Shown here: piece after piece, positions 62,870 to 64,000 of the stretch
How positions within the stretch are numbered: the first letter of the stretch is position 1
How the letters are laid out: the number at the start of each line of letters is the position of its first letter
NCBI GenBank assembly: GCA_965178125.1
Contig: OZ237764.1
Span: 124,001 to 188,000, forward strand
DNA: 64,000 nucleotides
Origin: Bilabrum cf. latius
Lineage: Eukaryota
Direction: 5' to 3'
Notes under the pieces: generated by a model
Seen by the model: the letters and a program-made list of their open reading frames with translations, nothing else
What the model was told of the DNA's origin: nothing
Database searches by the model: none
Translations under genes and position numbers: made by a program

Positions 62870-64000
62870 TCACTCCACAGGCTCACCCCACGAACTATTG
62901 TACGTCTCTGGTGTAAATCCGGCGAGCCCCCATTTCTCCTTCATGTCCTGCAACGTGGGCCCCCCCCCGTCTGCGGCACCAGACTTCTCCTCCTTTTCCC
63001 TCTCCTTCTCCTTGCCCCCTTCATCTGCAGCAGCGTCGTCGGTCGCCCGCATGCCAGCTGCCTGGCGACTATCCACGTCCTCTGCCCCCGCCCCCACGTA
63101 CCTGGGATCCACCTCGTCCCCCTTTGGCTGCCACCTCACGTCGCAGCTGATCCTCACCTTGTCTGTCAGATTGGCAGTGGACATGTGCAGCGTGCGCATC
63201 CCGAACACAATCACGTCTCCCGCCCTGTAGTCCCCTGCTACCCACTGGCACTGGCACTGGCCCGCATCACCATCCGGACCCCCCGACGATGGCGAGGAGG
63301 TTGCAACCGCCTCGATCTCGGCGGGGTCCTCAGTAAACCACCCAGTGCCCTGCATCCCCTCCCTCTCCTGGTCCATCGAGCCGTATGTCTCCCGCAGCAG
63401 ACTCAGCCCCGCGCTCCTGTGCGACCCCTTGCACATGGCTAGACCCCCCATTTCAAGGGGCGTGTCCCCCATGGGGATCCAGGTGGTCAGCAACCTCGGG
63501 GAGCCTCGACTCATGTACACGTGGTCCATGTGCGCTCCGGTGAAGCGGCGGCGGGGCACGCCGCGGAGCCACTTGTAGTCAAACGTGAGCAAGTCGTCCG
63601 GCTTTTCCCCCAGCACCGTGGCCACCGCAGCCCGCAGGTCCTCATGCTCCACGCAGGCGAGCACGTCGGGCCTGGCAGTCTGGACCCCTTCCATGAACGG
63701 AACACACCCAACGCCGCACCTCGCCTAGAGCTGAGCGTCCTCCCGGCCAAAACTGTCACCAAAATCAAGTACATCGCCCTTGACTTTAAATTCTTCCAAC
63801 ACCGCCGATCTTGCGCGCAAAACGGCTTCGCGAGGAATCACACCACGCAAGAAAACGAAACCGTCCTCGCCAAAACGCTCGCGGAGGCTAGCACCAGAAG
63901 CGTCTTCTTCGAGCAGCAATGAGCTGTCTGGAATCTGTCCGAGCTTCGAGGAGGGGAAAAGGACCGTTCGCTTGCCGAGCTAAATATGGCGTTTTTTCAC
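62870..64000 (-). CDS. Phytanoyl-CoA dioxygenase (PhyH)-family 2OG-Fe(II) oxygenase (5' end outside the window)
   Basis: DGFVFLRGVI, TGAHMD (HxD), TWIPMGD, GGL...GSH, GDVIVF..TLH, RIS. TAGs at 63980 and 63725; TGA at 62870. Confidence 0.9.

Noticed and set aside
1-64000. Reading the many TAG-broken ORFs as pseudogenes or sequencing errors
   Set aside because: Decay would also produce TAA, TGA and frameshifts. Interruptions are almost exclusively TAG, frames are preserved over kilobases and catalytic motifs are intact.
1-64000. TAG as pyrrolysine, as Leu/Glu/Tyr, or as the acceptor of tiny introns
   Set aside because: The informative conserved columns (MATE, RT) are Gln, no pyl genes are present, and the TAGs lack matching nearby GT donors while flanking residues align continuously.
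1-64000. tRNA genes (notably tRNA-Gln CUA) or rRNA genes
   Set aside because: I recognised no cloverleaf, A/B-box or rRNA signature by eye; tRNAscan-SE would be needed to exclude them.

Overview
GC-rich (roughly 60-65%), gene-dense eukaryotic nuclear DNA with few, short GT-AG introns. It is most consistent with a heterotrophic stramenopile (Cafeteria/bicosoecid-like); this is inferred from a Ngaro retrotransposon with a B1-A2-spacer-B2 layout and a phosphoglycerate dehydrogenase with a mitochondrial-type presequence. The main result is a non-standard nuclear genetic code: TAG is read as a sense codon, almost certainly glutamine. Dozens of ORF-track fragments join in frame across TAG into complete genes, and TAG occupies conserved Gln positions in a MATE transporter and a reverse transcriptase. 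No reconstructed gene ends in TAG: 19 end in TGA and 3 in TAA, so the code appears to be UAG=Gln with UAA/UGA as stops. Under this code the window holds about 19 host genes, including NT5DC-type 5'-nucleotidase, MATE, a bacterial-like GH86 agarase/porphyranase, two tandem 7TM GOST-like proteins, a nucleoside hydrolase, DUF455, a giant BRCT-PNKP, TPR-thioredoxin, DUF1295, dienelactone hydrolase, PHGDH and a PhyH-type dioxygenase. It also contains a 1.4-kb tandem duplication and an intact 8.34-kb Ngaro tyrosine-recombinase retrotransposon whose three ORFs are written in the host's TAG=Gln code. All family assignments come from motif recognition by eye; no database search was run.
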